Sequence record: NC_028999.1
Reading direction: 5' to 3' (one strand)
DNA: 64,000 nt
The position numbers were made by a program, and so were the translations under genes. The number at the start of each line of letters is the position of its first letter. Position 1 is the first letter of the stretch. This document shows, piece by piece, positions 1-10,019 of the stretch. The notes below the pieces were generated by a model, which saw only the letters and a program-made list of their open reading frames with translations, had not been told where the DNA came from and ran no database searches.

Positions 1-1525
1 CTTTACAAGCTGGGCAATCGTAAGATGGCAACGCCACAATGCCGATGACACTAGAATTCACGTATTCGTGAACTGCCTTGAAGAACGAATCAGCAACCTC
101 AGCGCTGGTGGCCAGGTTGTCTCGCAGATAAGGAACGATTACTTCGGGATCGTCCGTAACGAACTGATCTTCGAAATCTTCATATTCGTCTTCACGTTCA
201 TAAATGCCATCAACCCAGTGAGCATACTGAAGTGCAGTAGTGGCTTGAGCAAGGTTATCGATGTAGCGTTGACGCTGTTGACCATGGGGCTGTTCGTTGA
301 ACGCACCTTGGGTCATGTCGATCAGAGCTTGCATCCACTGACCACCGGAAGCACGGCGTTTCTCAATAGTTGGTACAGCCAAACGAAGACCAATATCGCC
401 AAACCAGAATACTTTCTTCTGAGTAACGGTGAAGTCTTTGCGATAAGCTTCGAACTCTTCGTCAGTACTCGGTTGGAAACGCTTAGCCAGATGTTTGCGT
501 TGTTCCTGAGTGAACACAAGGTTATCAAACCAAACGATCGATGACATGTTGAGTTTGAAACGTTCAACGTGGCTACACGTATTCGGATTGGCTACACAAG
601 GCACAGCGTATTGGAAACCATCCGGGTACATAGCCGCTGCCAACCCGTGATGCAGCAGTACTTCATCATAGATCGATAGTACGGCCTCTAAATCGCTCGG
701 AGAGACGTACTTGTGGTTAGACGATACTACACAGCTCAGTGCTAGGGTAGTGATCGCATCGAGCATGATAGCGCTGGCATTGGAGAATGCCATACCCTTG
801 GACTCTGCACCCAACCGCAGCTTGACACTGGCCATCTCTGTGAGCAGTGAAACGATCTCAGCCAGAGTCGGTGCACGCAGACGCAGCCAGATACCGGAAT
901 GCGGTAGGAAGGTATCGTAGAAACCACCGTTACCAGACTTACGTGCCAGATAAGCCAACATCTCTTCTTTGCTGGCGCGGCGATCTTTGTTCAGCTTCTG
1001 CGACGGGCGACCAGAACGAAGTTCCTGACCTTGTTCACCACCTACCGGCAATACACCCTGACGCCATTCCGAACCAGTACGTTCAGTAGCACGAACTGGT
1101 ACATCACCTAGTTGCAGGTTGGCCATACCACCGATAAGAGTTTCCATCCATGTAGCGTCTTTAATGCTAGCTACAGTATTACCGGTAGAAATGCTTTCGA
1201 TCAGTTCGTTATAGTGGTTCAGGATCTTCATCAAGCTGTTCGGGTTCTCACGAATGAAAGCCAGAACCGCCTCGTCAGCACCTTCAACAGCACTCGAATC
1301 TTTACGAGTCTGAATGAAGTTAATCAGTTGTTGATCAAGAGTCAGTGGTGGGCGCGTATCAACGATTGGACCTTCAGGTATCGTATCATCGACATTAGCT
1401 GGTTCGTCAGGAAGGGTCGGGCCAACCGGTCCGTTCTCCGGCTCAGTACCCGGAGGAACTTGGTCAGCATCCCACTGACCCTCAGCAGGGTAATGATCAT
1501 CTTGATCGAAATCTACTTCACTCAT
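1..1525 (-). CDS. conserved phiKZ-like hypothetical protein, partial (runs off the window), with CxxC at the window edge
   Basis: Absent from the ORF track. My own translation of the reverse strand from ATG 1525 (TAATG overlap with the upstream gene) is open to position 1: MSEVDFDQDD...LPHSGIWLRLRAPT...LPSYDCPACK. Confidence 0.85.
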   Translation of the reverse strand, partial: MSEVDFDQDDHYPAEGQWDADQVPPGTEPENGPVGPTLPDEPANVDDTIPEGPIVDTRPPLTLDQQLINFIQTRKDSSAVEGADEAVLAFIRENPNSLMKILNHYNELIESISTGNTVASIKDATWMETLIGGMANLQLGDVPVRATERTGSEWRQGVLPVGGEQGQELRSGRPSQKLNKDRRASKEEMLAYLARKSGNGGFYDTFLPHSGIWLRLRAPTLAEIVSLLTEMASVKLRLGAESKGMAFSNASAIMLDAITTLALSCVVSSNHKYVSPSDLEAVLSIYDEVLLHHGLAAAMYPDGFQYAVPCVANPNTCSHVERFKLNMSSIVWFDNLVFTQEQRKHLAKRFQPSTDEEFEAYRKDFTVTQKKVFWFGDIGLRLAVPTIEKRRASGGQWMQALIDMTQGAFNEQPHGQQRQRYIDNLAQATTALQYAHWVDGIYEREDEYEDFEDQFVTDDPEVIVPYLRDNLATSAEVADSFFKAVHEYVNSSVIGIVALPSYDCPACK

Positions 1526-2145
1526 TACTTGGTTTCCTCAGTAACCGGATCAGCGAAACTCCAGTTAAGGGTATCGATACCGGCGTCTTGCATGGTTTGA
1601 ATCATACCCAGGAGCAACGGTTGAATGCCCGTCTCCATAGCGGTTTGTAGTTTGGAATAGCCCAGGGACAGAGTAGAGATCAGAGCGATATCATCCAGGG
1701 ACGGCTCGCCTGATTTGTCTTTATGCTGAGTAGCCAGCAGACCCAACGCAGTAATCAGGTTATCCAGATCGACTTGCACGGATTTGAGTTGTGCATCAAA
1801 GCTGGTCGGATCAGGCAGGCGTGCCAGGATGTCATTCAGGTTAGCTAGCACCGGAACCATTACCGGTTGCGTTGCACCAATGAGCCCGGCAACAGACAGA
1901 TACAGTTGACGCAGAATGGCCCAACCATCCGCTTTGAGTAGTTCTTGTGCGACTTCCGCGGATTGTTCCACGGCTTGGTCGAGTTGTTCTTTGGCACAGG
2001 CGGTAGCGGTCATTACGTGTTGTTCCTTATTGGAATTACGATTGAAAATTTCATCAAGCGCTGCGTTCATACGCGCTTTGTCTTCAGGGGTGGGTGGAGG
2101 CAGATGTGCGACATCCATCTCGTTCGCTAAGTGTACTGGAAACAT
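1525..2145 (-). CDS. hypothetical helical protein
   Basis: 206-aa ORF, coupled to the downstream gene by a TAATG overlap. Confidence 0.8.
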   Translation of the reverse strand: MFPVHLANEMDVAHLPPPTPEDKARMNAALDEIFNRNSNKEQHVMTATACAKEQLDQAVEQSAEVAQELLKADGWAILRQLYLSVAGLIGATQPVMVPVLANLNDILARLPDPTSFDAQLKSVQVDLDNLITALGLLATQHKDKSGEPSLDDIALISTLSLGYSKLQTAMETGIQPLLLGMIQTMQDAGIDTLNWSFADPVTEETK

Positions 2146-2270
2146 GTCTGCCTCAAGTAAAAGGTATATGCTAACATAGATGTAACAGAACAGGTAGAGT
2201 TTCCTTATTCTAAAGCGACTTGCTATACGTAACCCTATGTTAACAATATTCCCTTTTAAGGTATTTGATC

Positions 2271-3119
2271 ATGCAAGAAATCCTAGACAGTGTCCTCACG
2301 CCACTGATTGCAGATGAGCGTAAAGAGGCCATTCTGGACTGTGTTGCATCGTTTGAAGAACTCGACTTTTCTCCAGCTCTAGACGAACTGCACACCGTCT
2401 GCATGATTGCTGACGACATGGCTGATACATCTATTCTACTAAGCCGGATCGATGACGTAATCCGAGTGGCACACGACCAGATCCTAAGTGGTTTTGAAAT
2501 ACGTGTATCAGACGAAGCTACTCAAGTCGAGCGTCAAGCTATTCTGAAAACGGTCACTGGTATTGCGTACTACATATTACCAGACGATATTCAAGGTATC
2601 TTGCAAAGCGAATACGATCACGAAGAAACATTAGCACATCTCGTGCCTTTGTTTGAGAATGTATCCGTCGACGATATCCTTCCTTTGATCACCTATGTTG
2701 CTCCCTCGTTTATCGAAGCATTGACTAAACATGTCAATGAGGTCATGCAAGTGCGGGGCGTTGCTCAAGAATACGACCCCCCAGTAGAACGTATCAAATT
2801 GATTAACCAACTGTTGCGTACCTTCGGTCATGACAAGTTCCAATTGATGTTAGAACTTTCCAGTTCGGGAATGCGTGTGGGTGGGGCAATCGATCAGTTA
2901 ATGTCAGACAGCATGAATGCATTGGATTCACGCAATGCCAAAGAAGCCCTGTATGAAATTGTAGGGCTGGTATTCTTCTCAAACGTAACCCCTGAGATGA
3001 TCTGGAAGACAGCTAACATGTTGACAGATGAATATACCGAGAATCCCATGGAGCGGGCAATTATGCTCGATGAACTCCGCGTTATCCAACGTAGGATGCC
3101 TATCAATGAAACTGCGTGA
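2271..3119 (+). CDS. conserved hypothetical protein (phiKZ gp79 position)
   Basis: ATG 2271 after AAGG; overlaps the start of the RNAP gene; synteny. Confidence 0.75.
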   Translation: MQEILDSVLTPLIADERKEAILDCVASFEELDFSPALDELHTVCMIADDMADTSILLSRIDDVIRVAHDQILSGFEIRVSDEATQVERQAILKTVTGIAYYILPDDIQGILQSEYDHEETLAHLVPLFENVSVDDILPLITYVAPSFIEALTKHVNEVMQVRGVAQEYDPPVERIKLINQLLRTFGHDKFQLMLELSSSGMRVGGAIDQLMSDSMNALDSRNAKEALYEIVGLVFFSNVTPEMIWKTANMLTDEYTENPMERAIMLDELRVIQRRMPINETA

Positions 3120-4446
3120 TTACTTCTTACTGGGTTTGAATAAGGGACTTGGCAAGAAACGCGTATGGATGAACGTCTTATTCAACATCGTCTATAATGC
3201 TAACGAAGGTCCTGAATACACGCTCAAGCCTTATTTCAAAGATGATCAGATGTACTTCTACAAGGAAGGCGATTCGAATGACGTTATCGAGTACATCGAA
3301 GATTATATCCCAAACCGAGCCCCATTGCATTTTCGGGATGAATTCATTTTACAACCAGGGGAGATCGCCAATTACAAAGGCACCGAACCCCTACGCACCA
3401 CCTACGGCAATGTCTTTGCCAACCACCTAATCCTGGTTGAAGCCTTCGGTGATCTGTTCCCCTTCCAAGCGGGTAAGTTCGATCCGGCTAAACTGGAAGA
3501 CCAAATCCTCGAACGCATGATTGATGACCGTGAAGATGGTGATGTCACTACCATGGCTGGTGACGGAAAACTGTATGTTTGGCAGTACCTGAAATTCGCT
3601 GATGCGTGCCTAGCTATCCCCGGCTACGCCGATAGCCTCGTCACATCCGTTACCAAGAAGTCTCTGACCAGCTCTCCAGAGCGTGACGCTGTGCGTGAGA
3701 AATGGGTAAAGGATAACGCACACCGACTACATGATCCTGCGGCTATTGCAGAGCTGGGCGTCCTGATGGGTAAAGTCGATGATGAATACCTAGAAGGCGA
3801 TGAAGCCAACGAGTTCTACAAATCGAAGAAGAAACTGGCCGGCGCTCGCCGTAAAGTACACTACTTCTTTGGTGGTGAATCCCCGTTCTCCGATGGCACT
3901 ACTGTTACGTTCATCAAGAAGTCATTGGAAGAAGGTATTGATACCGACTTCATGCCGGTGATGAACAACTCGCTGCGCTTCGGTTCTTACAACCGAGGTG
4001 CACAGACAGCGATGGGTGGTGAATCCACGAAGACTATTTACCGGATGGTAGGTACTGTTCGAATCATCGAACCCGACTGCAAAACCTGGATCGGTATTCC
4101 CACAATGGTGGATGACTTCAACGCCAAAACGTTGATTGGTTATTCCTACGTTGATAAGGGACGATCTATCCTTATCGAGAAAGATGACCTGGAATCTCTC
4201 AAAGGTCGCATCATTGACATCCGTGGTCCGATGACTTGTAAGTCTGGACGGGGTGAAGGGGATGCATTGGGTAAAGGTAAGAACATCTGTGCCGTGTGTG
4301 CAGGTAAAGCACTTGCCGAAAACCCGAACGGTATCCCCGCAGCCGCAGCAGGAGTCGGTGGTAGGTTCTTGATGATCTTTATGTCAAAGATGCACAGCTC
4401 TGTTCTAAGAACCGTGCACTGGGACATGAGACGCCGTATTACCTAG
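3106..4446 (+). CDS. virion RNA polymerase beta' subunit fragment (phiKZ gp80-like)
   Basis: Start at MKLRDYF; bridge-helix-like SYNRGAQTAMGGESTK, Zn-binding Cys (CKT...TCKS...ICAVC) and trigger-loop-like GIPAAAAGVGGRFLMIFMSKMH. Confidence 0.85.
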   Translation: MKLRDYFLLGLNKGLGKKRVWMNVLFNIVYNANEGPEYTLKPYFKDDQMYFYKEGDSNDVIEYIEDYIPNRAPLHFRDEFILQPGEIANYKGTEPLRTTYGNVFANHLILVEAFGDLFPFQAGKFDPAKLEDQILERMIDDREDGDVTTMAGDGKLYVWQYLKFADACLAIPGYADSLVTSVTKKSLTSSPERDAVREKWVKDNAHRLHDPAAIAELGVLMGKVDDEYLEGDEANEFYKSKKKLAGARRKVHYFFGGESPFSDGTTVTFIKKSLEEGIDTDFMPVMNNSLRFGSYNRGAQTAMGGESTKTIYRMVGTVRIIEPDCKTWIGIPTMVDDFNAKTLIGYSYVDKGRSILIEKDDLESLKGRIIDIRGPMTCKSGRGEGDALGKGKNICAVCAGKALAENPNGIPAAAAGVGGRFLMIFMSKMHSSVLRTVHWDMRRRIT

Positions 4447-4466
4447 CTTTCAGCTTGTATTGTTTA

Positions 4467-4538
4467 CCGAGTTAAATATTTAGTGTAGATGTATGTGTAA
4501 TATTATACAGGGTATTTCCCCCATCTACACTAATTCGG
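4467..4538 (+). promoter_or_regulatory. hairpin overlapping the ribosome-binding site of the GIY-YIG gene
   Basis: 12-bp inverted repeat TTAGTGTAGATG (4480-4491) / CATCTACACTAA (4522-4533), plus CCGAG/TTCGG; AT-rich loop. Confidence 0.6.
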
Positions 4539-4548
4539 AAACATAACA

Positions 4549-5742
4549 ATGCATTATCTAGATATCCCCGCAGTTAACGGTGTCCTTACGATTAGCCACG
4601 TAGCAACAGGTTCGTTTTATATGGTGTGCGCGACGAATATACGCGACGCCGCTATAAATGCTAATGGCCAACTACGCTTGGGTACTTATCAAAGTCCAAA
4701 ACTCCAAGAACTTTATCTACAATCTGACGAACTCGATTTTACGTTTATCGAAACGGCAGATAAGGAAGAGTCACGGAGTATCCGTCAAAAAGTAATGGCG
4801 GAAAACTATGGCAATGATAAGCTACTAAATCAGCAGGACTGGCCTAAGCTTACCGGAGTGTTTAAACTTGAACACTCAGCTACTGGTAAATTGATTATTG
4901 GTACCACTCAGGATATTATAAAACAGCACAGCTATCAAGCCACACTACTTCGAACTGGAAAGCATAAGTGTCCTGAGTTCCAATCTCTCTATGACCCGGA
5001 AGTTGGTACAAGTGCGTTTAAGTTCTCTTTCTCCATTTGCACTGATAAAGAAGAAGCTAAATCGGTTGCACAGGAATGGATCAAAGATGCTGTTAAACGG
5101 GGCGTTTATCTAACTGGTTCTACCGTTAAACCAGCCAAGGTTGAAGAAGTCGGTAAATTGTGCGGGGTTTATCGGATAACCTTCCCGGCTACTGGACATT
5201 TCTATATCGGTAGTAGCGGTCATGTCCGTCAGCGACTAGCTCACCACAAGAGTCGACTTAAGGCTGGGCTACACGCCAGCAGTCAAGTGCAGGAGTGCTA
5301 CAATAACAATGGTGGCGAGTATACTACCGACACCATCTATACGGATACCCGTGATGAGGCTTACGCACTGGAACAGAAGTTAATCGACTTACATCAAGTC
5401 GATCCATTGTTTTTGAACTTTGGTAGTGACGTGAAGTCGGTCGTCAAGGATCTTTGGGCTAATCCGGAATATCGTGATCGCATTATCAATGGTTCAGTTA
5501 AATCGGTTAGAGATCCAGAACGGCGAAAAGCTTACGGCGAAAAGATGAAAGCTTACTGGGCTACGCCAGAGGCTAAAGCTAAGCGCATGGGTGGGGGAAA
5601 TCCATTTGCCCGGAAAGTGAGTGTCTTTGGAATCGTATACGGCTCTATTATGGATGCGGTTCGTGCTAAAGCTTTGCCAGATGCTAAACTTCGCCAACGT
5701 TTAAAAGACCCTGAAGACAAAGAAGTCTTCTATGTTAGCTGA
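4549..5742 (+). CDS. free-standing GIY-YIG homing endonuclease with three tandem GIY-YIG modules
   Basis: GVLTI..FYMV, GVFKL..LIIG and GVYRI..FYIG..RQRL..LEQ; basic C-terminal DNA-binding region. Confidence 0.85.
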   Translation: MHYLDIPAVNGVLTISHVATGSFYMVCATNIRDAAINANGQLRLGTYQSPKLQELYLQSDELDFTFIETADKEESRSIRQKVMAENYGNDKLLNQQDWPKLTGVFKLEHSATGKLIIGTTQDIIKQHSYQATLLRTGKHKCPEFQSLYDPEVGTSAFKFSFSICTDKEEAKSVAQEWIKDAVKRGVYLTGSTVKPAKVEEVGKLCGVYRITFPATGHFYIGSSGHVRQRLAHHKSRLKAGLHASSQVQECYNNNGGEYTTDTIYTDTRDEAYALEQKLIDLHQVDPLFLNFGSDVKSVVKDLWANPEYRDRIINGSVKSVRDPERRKAYGEKMKAYWATPEAKAKRMGGGNPFARKVSVFGIVYGSIMDAVRAKALPDAKLRQRLKDPEDKEVFYVS

Positions 5743-5797
5743 CGGGAGAACTTACGCGTTCTCCCAACTTTCTGAACATTTCCCGATAACGGATAAA

Positions 5798-7096
5798 ATG
5801 ATGAGCAACAAAAATCGCAACAGAACTTTCAACCTGGCTGACGTCCAAAAGGGTGCAGTTACTATACCGGAATCCAAAGTGGGTACTGAAGCCGCTGTAG
5901 AGATCCCGGAAACCACTACCGCTGCGGTTGATCTGGAAGACCCTAGCTCTGAGAGCTACAATGATGACAAAGCGGTCACTCACGAACTGCCCGACGACGA
6001 CAAAAGCGAATCTGACGCTGGCGATCCTGTCGACAGTGATCAAGATGTTTCCGAAGGCACTGAAGAACCGGCATCTGTGGATGTAAGTGATCTCCCGGTA
6101 GAAACTGTCACTGAAGAGTCGCCTCAGGTACGTGATATCAACCAACTGGCTGTTGGCGAATGGACGCTTGAAGAACTCGAATCGTACATTGATGGTTCTT
6201 TCGGTAACATCTATCGTTCGAAGCTGGAAGATGTTCTGGAAGAGCATCGCCGGCGCGTTGAGAAACTCGACCATGCTTGGTCGCTGCAAGAGTGCCGAGA
6301 GTTCCTTACCCAAAATATCATCCCGGAGAAGACCTCCACTGGGGCTTGGAAGAACGACGTTACTCGTGCCCTGCGTCGGCCGGGTAGTTGGACTACTCAA
6401 GAACTCGAAGCGTGGGCGCTGGGTGAGATCAAAGCTGTAGGCCTGTCCACCAATGCCGAACTGGCGATTGAACTGAAAGATCGTTTGGGCCTGCAAGTAA
6501 ACACCGTTGATCCGGATAACGTGATCAAGGCTTACAAGGTCCGTACCGGTAACGGTCTGTCCACTGTAGTTCAAGAACACACTGGATCTGTTCCGACCAT
6601 TGCTACCCAAGCCCTGTCCACCGAAGCGAAAGCTGAAGCGGTCGCTGCCATTACTTACCAAGGACTCACTCCCGTGAACCAGAGCTACATTGAAAACACC
6701 CTGAAAGAATACGCAGCTGCGGTAGCGGTCAACAAGCCGGTTACGCCGGAGAATGGCCTACGTGCTCAGAAAGCACTGGACAACCTGCTGCGTTACGTAA
6801 TCAACCTGCAAGATCCGGCCGGCTTCAAATCTGGTATGGATATCATCCTGAATTTCGTTCGTGCAAACCGTGGTCCGCAAGGCGTGTTCAACGACACTTA
6901 CGCCTTCCGTTTCACTGAGAACCTGACCATGCAAAATGGGATTCAGGAATCTCACATTAACCTGATCACTCTGTTTAACGTCTACGCCAGTGAGAATCGC
7001 GAAGCTCGTGCGCAGGCCGATATCCCGACTCTGATCGCGCTGTTCCCCTCGAACAAGCACTCTCTGCTGCTGCAATATTTCAGCAAAGTCGCCTAA
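5798..7096 (+). CDS. conserved phiKZ-like hypothetical protein with acidic N-terminus and W[TS]xxE repeats
   Basis: Start MMSNKNR; motifs WTLEELE, WSLQECR, WTTQELE. Confidence 0.8.
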   Translation: MMSNKNRNRTFNLADVQKGAVTIPESKVGTEAAVEIPETTTAAVDLEDPSSESYNDDKAVTHELPDDDKSESDAGDPVDSDQDVSEGTEEPASVDVSDLPVETVTEESPQVRDINQLAVGEWTLEELESYIDGSFGNIYRSKLEDVLEEHRRRVEKLDHAWSLQECREFLTQNIIPEKTSTGAWKNDVTRALRRPGSWTTQELEAWALGEIKAVGLSTNAELAIELKDRLGLQVNTVDPDNVIKAYKVRTGNGLSTVVQEHTGSVPTIATQALSTEAKAEAVAAITYQGLTPVNQSYIENTLKEYAAAVAVNKPVTPENGLRAQKALDNLLRYVINLQDPAGFKSGMDIILNFVRANRGPQGVFNDTYAFRFTENLTMQNGIQESHINLITLFNVYASENREARAQADIPTLIALFPSNKHSLLLQYFSKVA

Positions 7097-7130
7097 CATA
7101 CTGCCCCTCCTTCGGGAGGGGCCTTATGCT
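7097..7130 (+). terminator. stem-loop terminator
   Basis: GCCCCTCC-TTCG-GGAGGGGC with ACATA and TTATGC flanks. Confidence 0.8.
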
Positions 7131-7164
7131 GCAATCCTATGTTACGTAATTGATGGTGAATACC

Positions 7165-8700
7165 ATGTTTGAATTATTGCTAGGTGCTAGATTAGCTAGA
7201 CCTCCATTGGTTGATAACCGCTTTATCGGAGAAGTAAGTCCTTCTTCGTTTATTACCGCAAGCGCTTTGGCTAGTGCAGTCGGCCTATTAGCTGGAGCAA
7301 ACGTTAATGATGCTATCCCATGGTTACAATTTCGTTTTAATGGCAAGGACTATTACACCCCCAAAAAAGCCATTCGACACACAATTAGCTGGGAAGCATT
7401 AAATTCGGCGAGTCTGATCACTGGGAATAAACTAACCAAAATTGCCTCTAAGTTTTATTCGGTTAGGTTGTTTAAAGGAGCTAGCGTTAATCCGGTAACG
7501 GTTACGAGTGGTTATGACCTGGTACAGTTCCAAGGTTCAGAATGGAACAAATTCATGTACCATATCCACGGCCCTAGCTTCGCTAACCCAAGCAACACAA
7601 TGGCATCTGAACCCCTTGCTGGTGAGTGGGCTCAATACAGTGATGCTGACTTGGGTTTAGGGTATCCCGCTGATGGTGGCGCCGCTACATGGACACAAGA
7701 ACTCTACACCAAATCTGGTGATGCTACTAAGTATGCCGTGTGGCGCGGATACAATGGTGTGTCTTACTGTGGTTATGACGTATCTAACCTGGCGAGTCAG
7801 AGTTATGCTGGATGGCGCCCATTGTTGGAGCAAGTGGCCGATACATTCAAACCGACTGTCAAGACCATCGCTAGTGAAGCGATGGGTAATGGTTGCTGGT
7901 TTGTTTGGAACAACGACATTTATTTCGCTGGCGGTAACGGGTCTCAACAAACCGCAAGGATTATAAAAGTAGATAAGACAACCGGTGCCAGGACGGCTGT
8001 TCCTGTTGGCACGGGGTCTACACCGGCAGCGACATGGTACTGGTCATGTGCAGTTATTGGAGATAAGGTATATTTCTTTGGCGGTCAATCAGCTGCTGGT
8101 TCTGCAAACGCAGCTCAAAATGCCTGTGTGTTCGATATGGTGACACAGGTATGGACCACCCTTGCAAATCTTCCTGAAAAATTATACAGGCCCCGTGTAG
8201 CGGCGATTGGTACTAAACTCTACATCTACGGTGGTGGACTGGTTACTCCTCGCGACACACTGTACGAATATGATCCACAAGGTAACACCTACGTCAAGAA
8301 AGCTCATGGCGGTGAAAACGCATCGGATACAGCTGGACTAGCTGTGACCTCAGACGGTACTTACCTGTATGCCTGTGGTGGTTACTATAATGCCATGTCT
8401 AACAAGCTGAAGCGTTATAACCCAACATCTAATACCTGGGATGTCCTCCAAGCAGCACCTGTAGCCAACTACGAGAATGGTATTGGAATAGCTGGTGACA
8501 TTCTGTTGTCGGTAGGTGGTACTGGGACCAATATGGGACAAAAGGTATACATGTACCTGTTCTCTAAAAATGCGTGGGTGGATACAGGTATAACCCTACC
8601 ACTTTCTTATGCGACGGCGTATTCAACTGTTCTGAATATAGACGGAAAATGGTACGCATTCTCCCAGCAGAATGCATCCCTTGGAGAAATTGGTGGCTGA
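7165..8700 (+). CDS. virion structural paralog with C-terminal Kelch beta-propeller (putative tail/receptor-binding)
   Basis: MFELLL start; family motifs WLQF, EWNKFMY, ADLG, GWRPLLE; Kelch repeats (YFFGG, YIYGG, YACGG, LSVGG). Confidence 0.8.
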   Translation: MFELLLGARLARPPLVDNRFIGEVSPSSFITASALASAVGLLAGANVNDAIPWLQFRFNGKDYYTPKKAIRHTISWEALNSASLITGNKLTKIASKFYSVRLFKGASVNPVTVTSGYDLVQFQGSEWNKFMYHIHGPSFANPSNTMASEPLAGEWAQYSDADLGLGYPADGGAATWTQELYTKSGDATKYAVWRGYNGVSYCGYDVSNLASQSYAGWRPLLEQVADTFKPTVKTIASEAMGNGCWFVWNNDIYFAGGNGSQQTARIIKVDKTTGARTAVPVGTGSTPAATWYWSCAVIGDKVYFFGGQSAAGSANAAQNACVFDMVTQVWTTLANLPEKLYRPRVAAIGTKLYIYGGGLVTPRDTLYEYDPQGNTYVKKAHGGENASDTAGLAVTSDGTYLYACGGYYNAMSNKLKRYNPTSNTWDVLQAAPVANYENGIGIAGDILLSVGGTGTNMGQKVYMYLFSKNAWVDTGITLPLSYATAYSTVLNIDGKWYAFSQQNASLGEIGG

Positions 8701-8701
8701 T

Positions 8702-9337
8702 ATGATGGAATCAATATTGGGGACCATTGCGTCACCAGGTGACAACTTAGTACCAGGTCCCCAAGCTGTCGTAGCTGGCGACACCACCTATGGATATTAC
8801 GGGGAATTCTCTGGTGGCCTTCCGCAACCACAAGCATTGTGTGATCTAGTGAATGCCACTGAAGGCGGCTTACTGGTTACGTCAACGACATGGTTGAAGT
8901 TCTGCGATGGCGGTAAGATCTACTTCATGACCAAGGTTCCGATTAGGAATAACATGCGGTGGTCTGAGCTGGACGCCAAAGGCCTCGTTACCGGTAAACA
9001 AATTACAATCGGCAAGCATACGTACATCTGTCGTATCATGACCGGCATTGCAGATAAGGCCGCTGGCACAGCGGGTGGAGAATGGAACCGCTGGATGTAT
9101 CCATTGTGTACTACCCGACCCAGTGGCCCAGTTTGGGCTAACTTCACAGTAACGCAATTGGGCGTCACATCGACCACTAATGGTGGTGGTGCTAACTGGG
9201 TACAAGAAGAACAAACCTCTGCTCCTGCTTATCACTACTACCGGGGATTTACGGGTATTGCAGTGGTGGGTAAAGAGGTAAGCAATTCGAACATCGGCAA
9301 CTACGGCTGGCGTCCAATATTGGAACTTGTAAACTGA
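8702..9337 (+). CDS. virion structural paralog (N-domain only)
   Basis: PGPQAVVAG, GYYGE, WLKF, EWNRWMY, GWRPILE. Confidence 0.8.
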   Translation: MMESILGTIASPGDNLVPGPQAVVAGDTTYGYYGEFSGGLPQPQALCDLVNATEGGLLVTSTTWLKFCDGGKIYFMTKVPIRNNMRWSELDAKGLVTGKQITIGKHTYICRIMTGIADKAAGTAGGEWNRWMYPLCTTRPSGPVWANFTVTQLGVTSTTNGGGANWVQEEQTSAPAYHYYRGFTGIAVVGKEVSNSNIGNYGWRPILELVN

Positions 9338-9347
9338 GGAGAGAGAA

Positions 9348-10019
9348 ATGTTGGAACTAATGCTCTCTTTGGGCAAACCTATATCTATCGTTGAAGGCGA
9401 CAACGGCCCAGGTCCCACTACTTTAGTCGCTGGTACTTCCCTTGCGGGGTATTTTGGTCTGGTACCCTCCGCCAGTTTAATTGGTGGTGATGCGCTTGCT
9501 ACACTGACTGGCATGACTGCTGGTACTTTACAGAACGACACTACCCCGTGGATGAAATTTGCATACAACAACAAAGCATTGTTCATTGCACAGAAGTCTA
9601 TTCGGTATGGCATGTCGTGGGACAGCTTAAACGCAGCAGCGGTGGCTACACCAGGTAAGACGATCACCATTGGTAACTATCGCTATAAGTGTCGTCTGCT
9701 GTTGATTGCCCCGGCTGACTCAGGTAACTCTAACTCCACGTTACCTGGACGGGAATGGTCTAACCTTATTTACAACGTCTGTACGGCTGGACCCTCTACC
9801 AAGGGTTGGGCCGCATTTACTACTGCCGACCTCGGTATTGGCGGTAGCTTCAATGGTCGATATAACTGGGGTCAAGAATCCGGTACAGCAACGTCAGGTG
9901 CTGGTCGAGCAGGCGTGGGTTACACCACAATTAACAAACTCGACTTCAATGCGTCTGGTAATACCGGTACGCACATGGGATGGAGACCATGCTTGGAACT
10001 GGTTGGTAAAATAGCATAA
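9348..10019 (+). CDS. virion structural paralog (N-domain only)
   Basis: PGPTTLVAG, GYFG, WMKF, EWSNLIY, ADLG, GWRPCLE. Confidence 0.8.
   Translation: MLELMLSLGKPISIVEGDNGPGPTTLVAGTSLAGYFGLVPSASLIGGDALATLTGMTAGTLQNDTTPWMKFAYNNKALFIAQKSIRYGMSWDSLNAAAVATPGKTITIGNYRYKCRLLLIAPADSGNSNSTLPGREWSNLIYNVCTAGPSTKGWAAFTTADLGIGGSFNGRYNWGQESGTATSGAGRAGVGYTTINKLDFNASGNTGTHMGWRPCLELVGKIA

Noticed and set aside
68-1600. Several plus-strand ORFs
   Set aside because: Shadows of the real minus-strand gene 1-1525
4447-5800. GIY-YIG gene as part of an intron in the RNAP gene
   Set aside because: No Q, R or S elements nearby, the beta' fragment looks complete, and there is no second exon
5735-6661. 308-aa antisense ORF
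   Set aside because: Overlaps a well-formed plus-strand gene and has atypical composition
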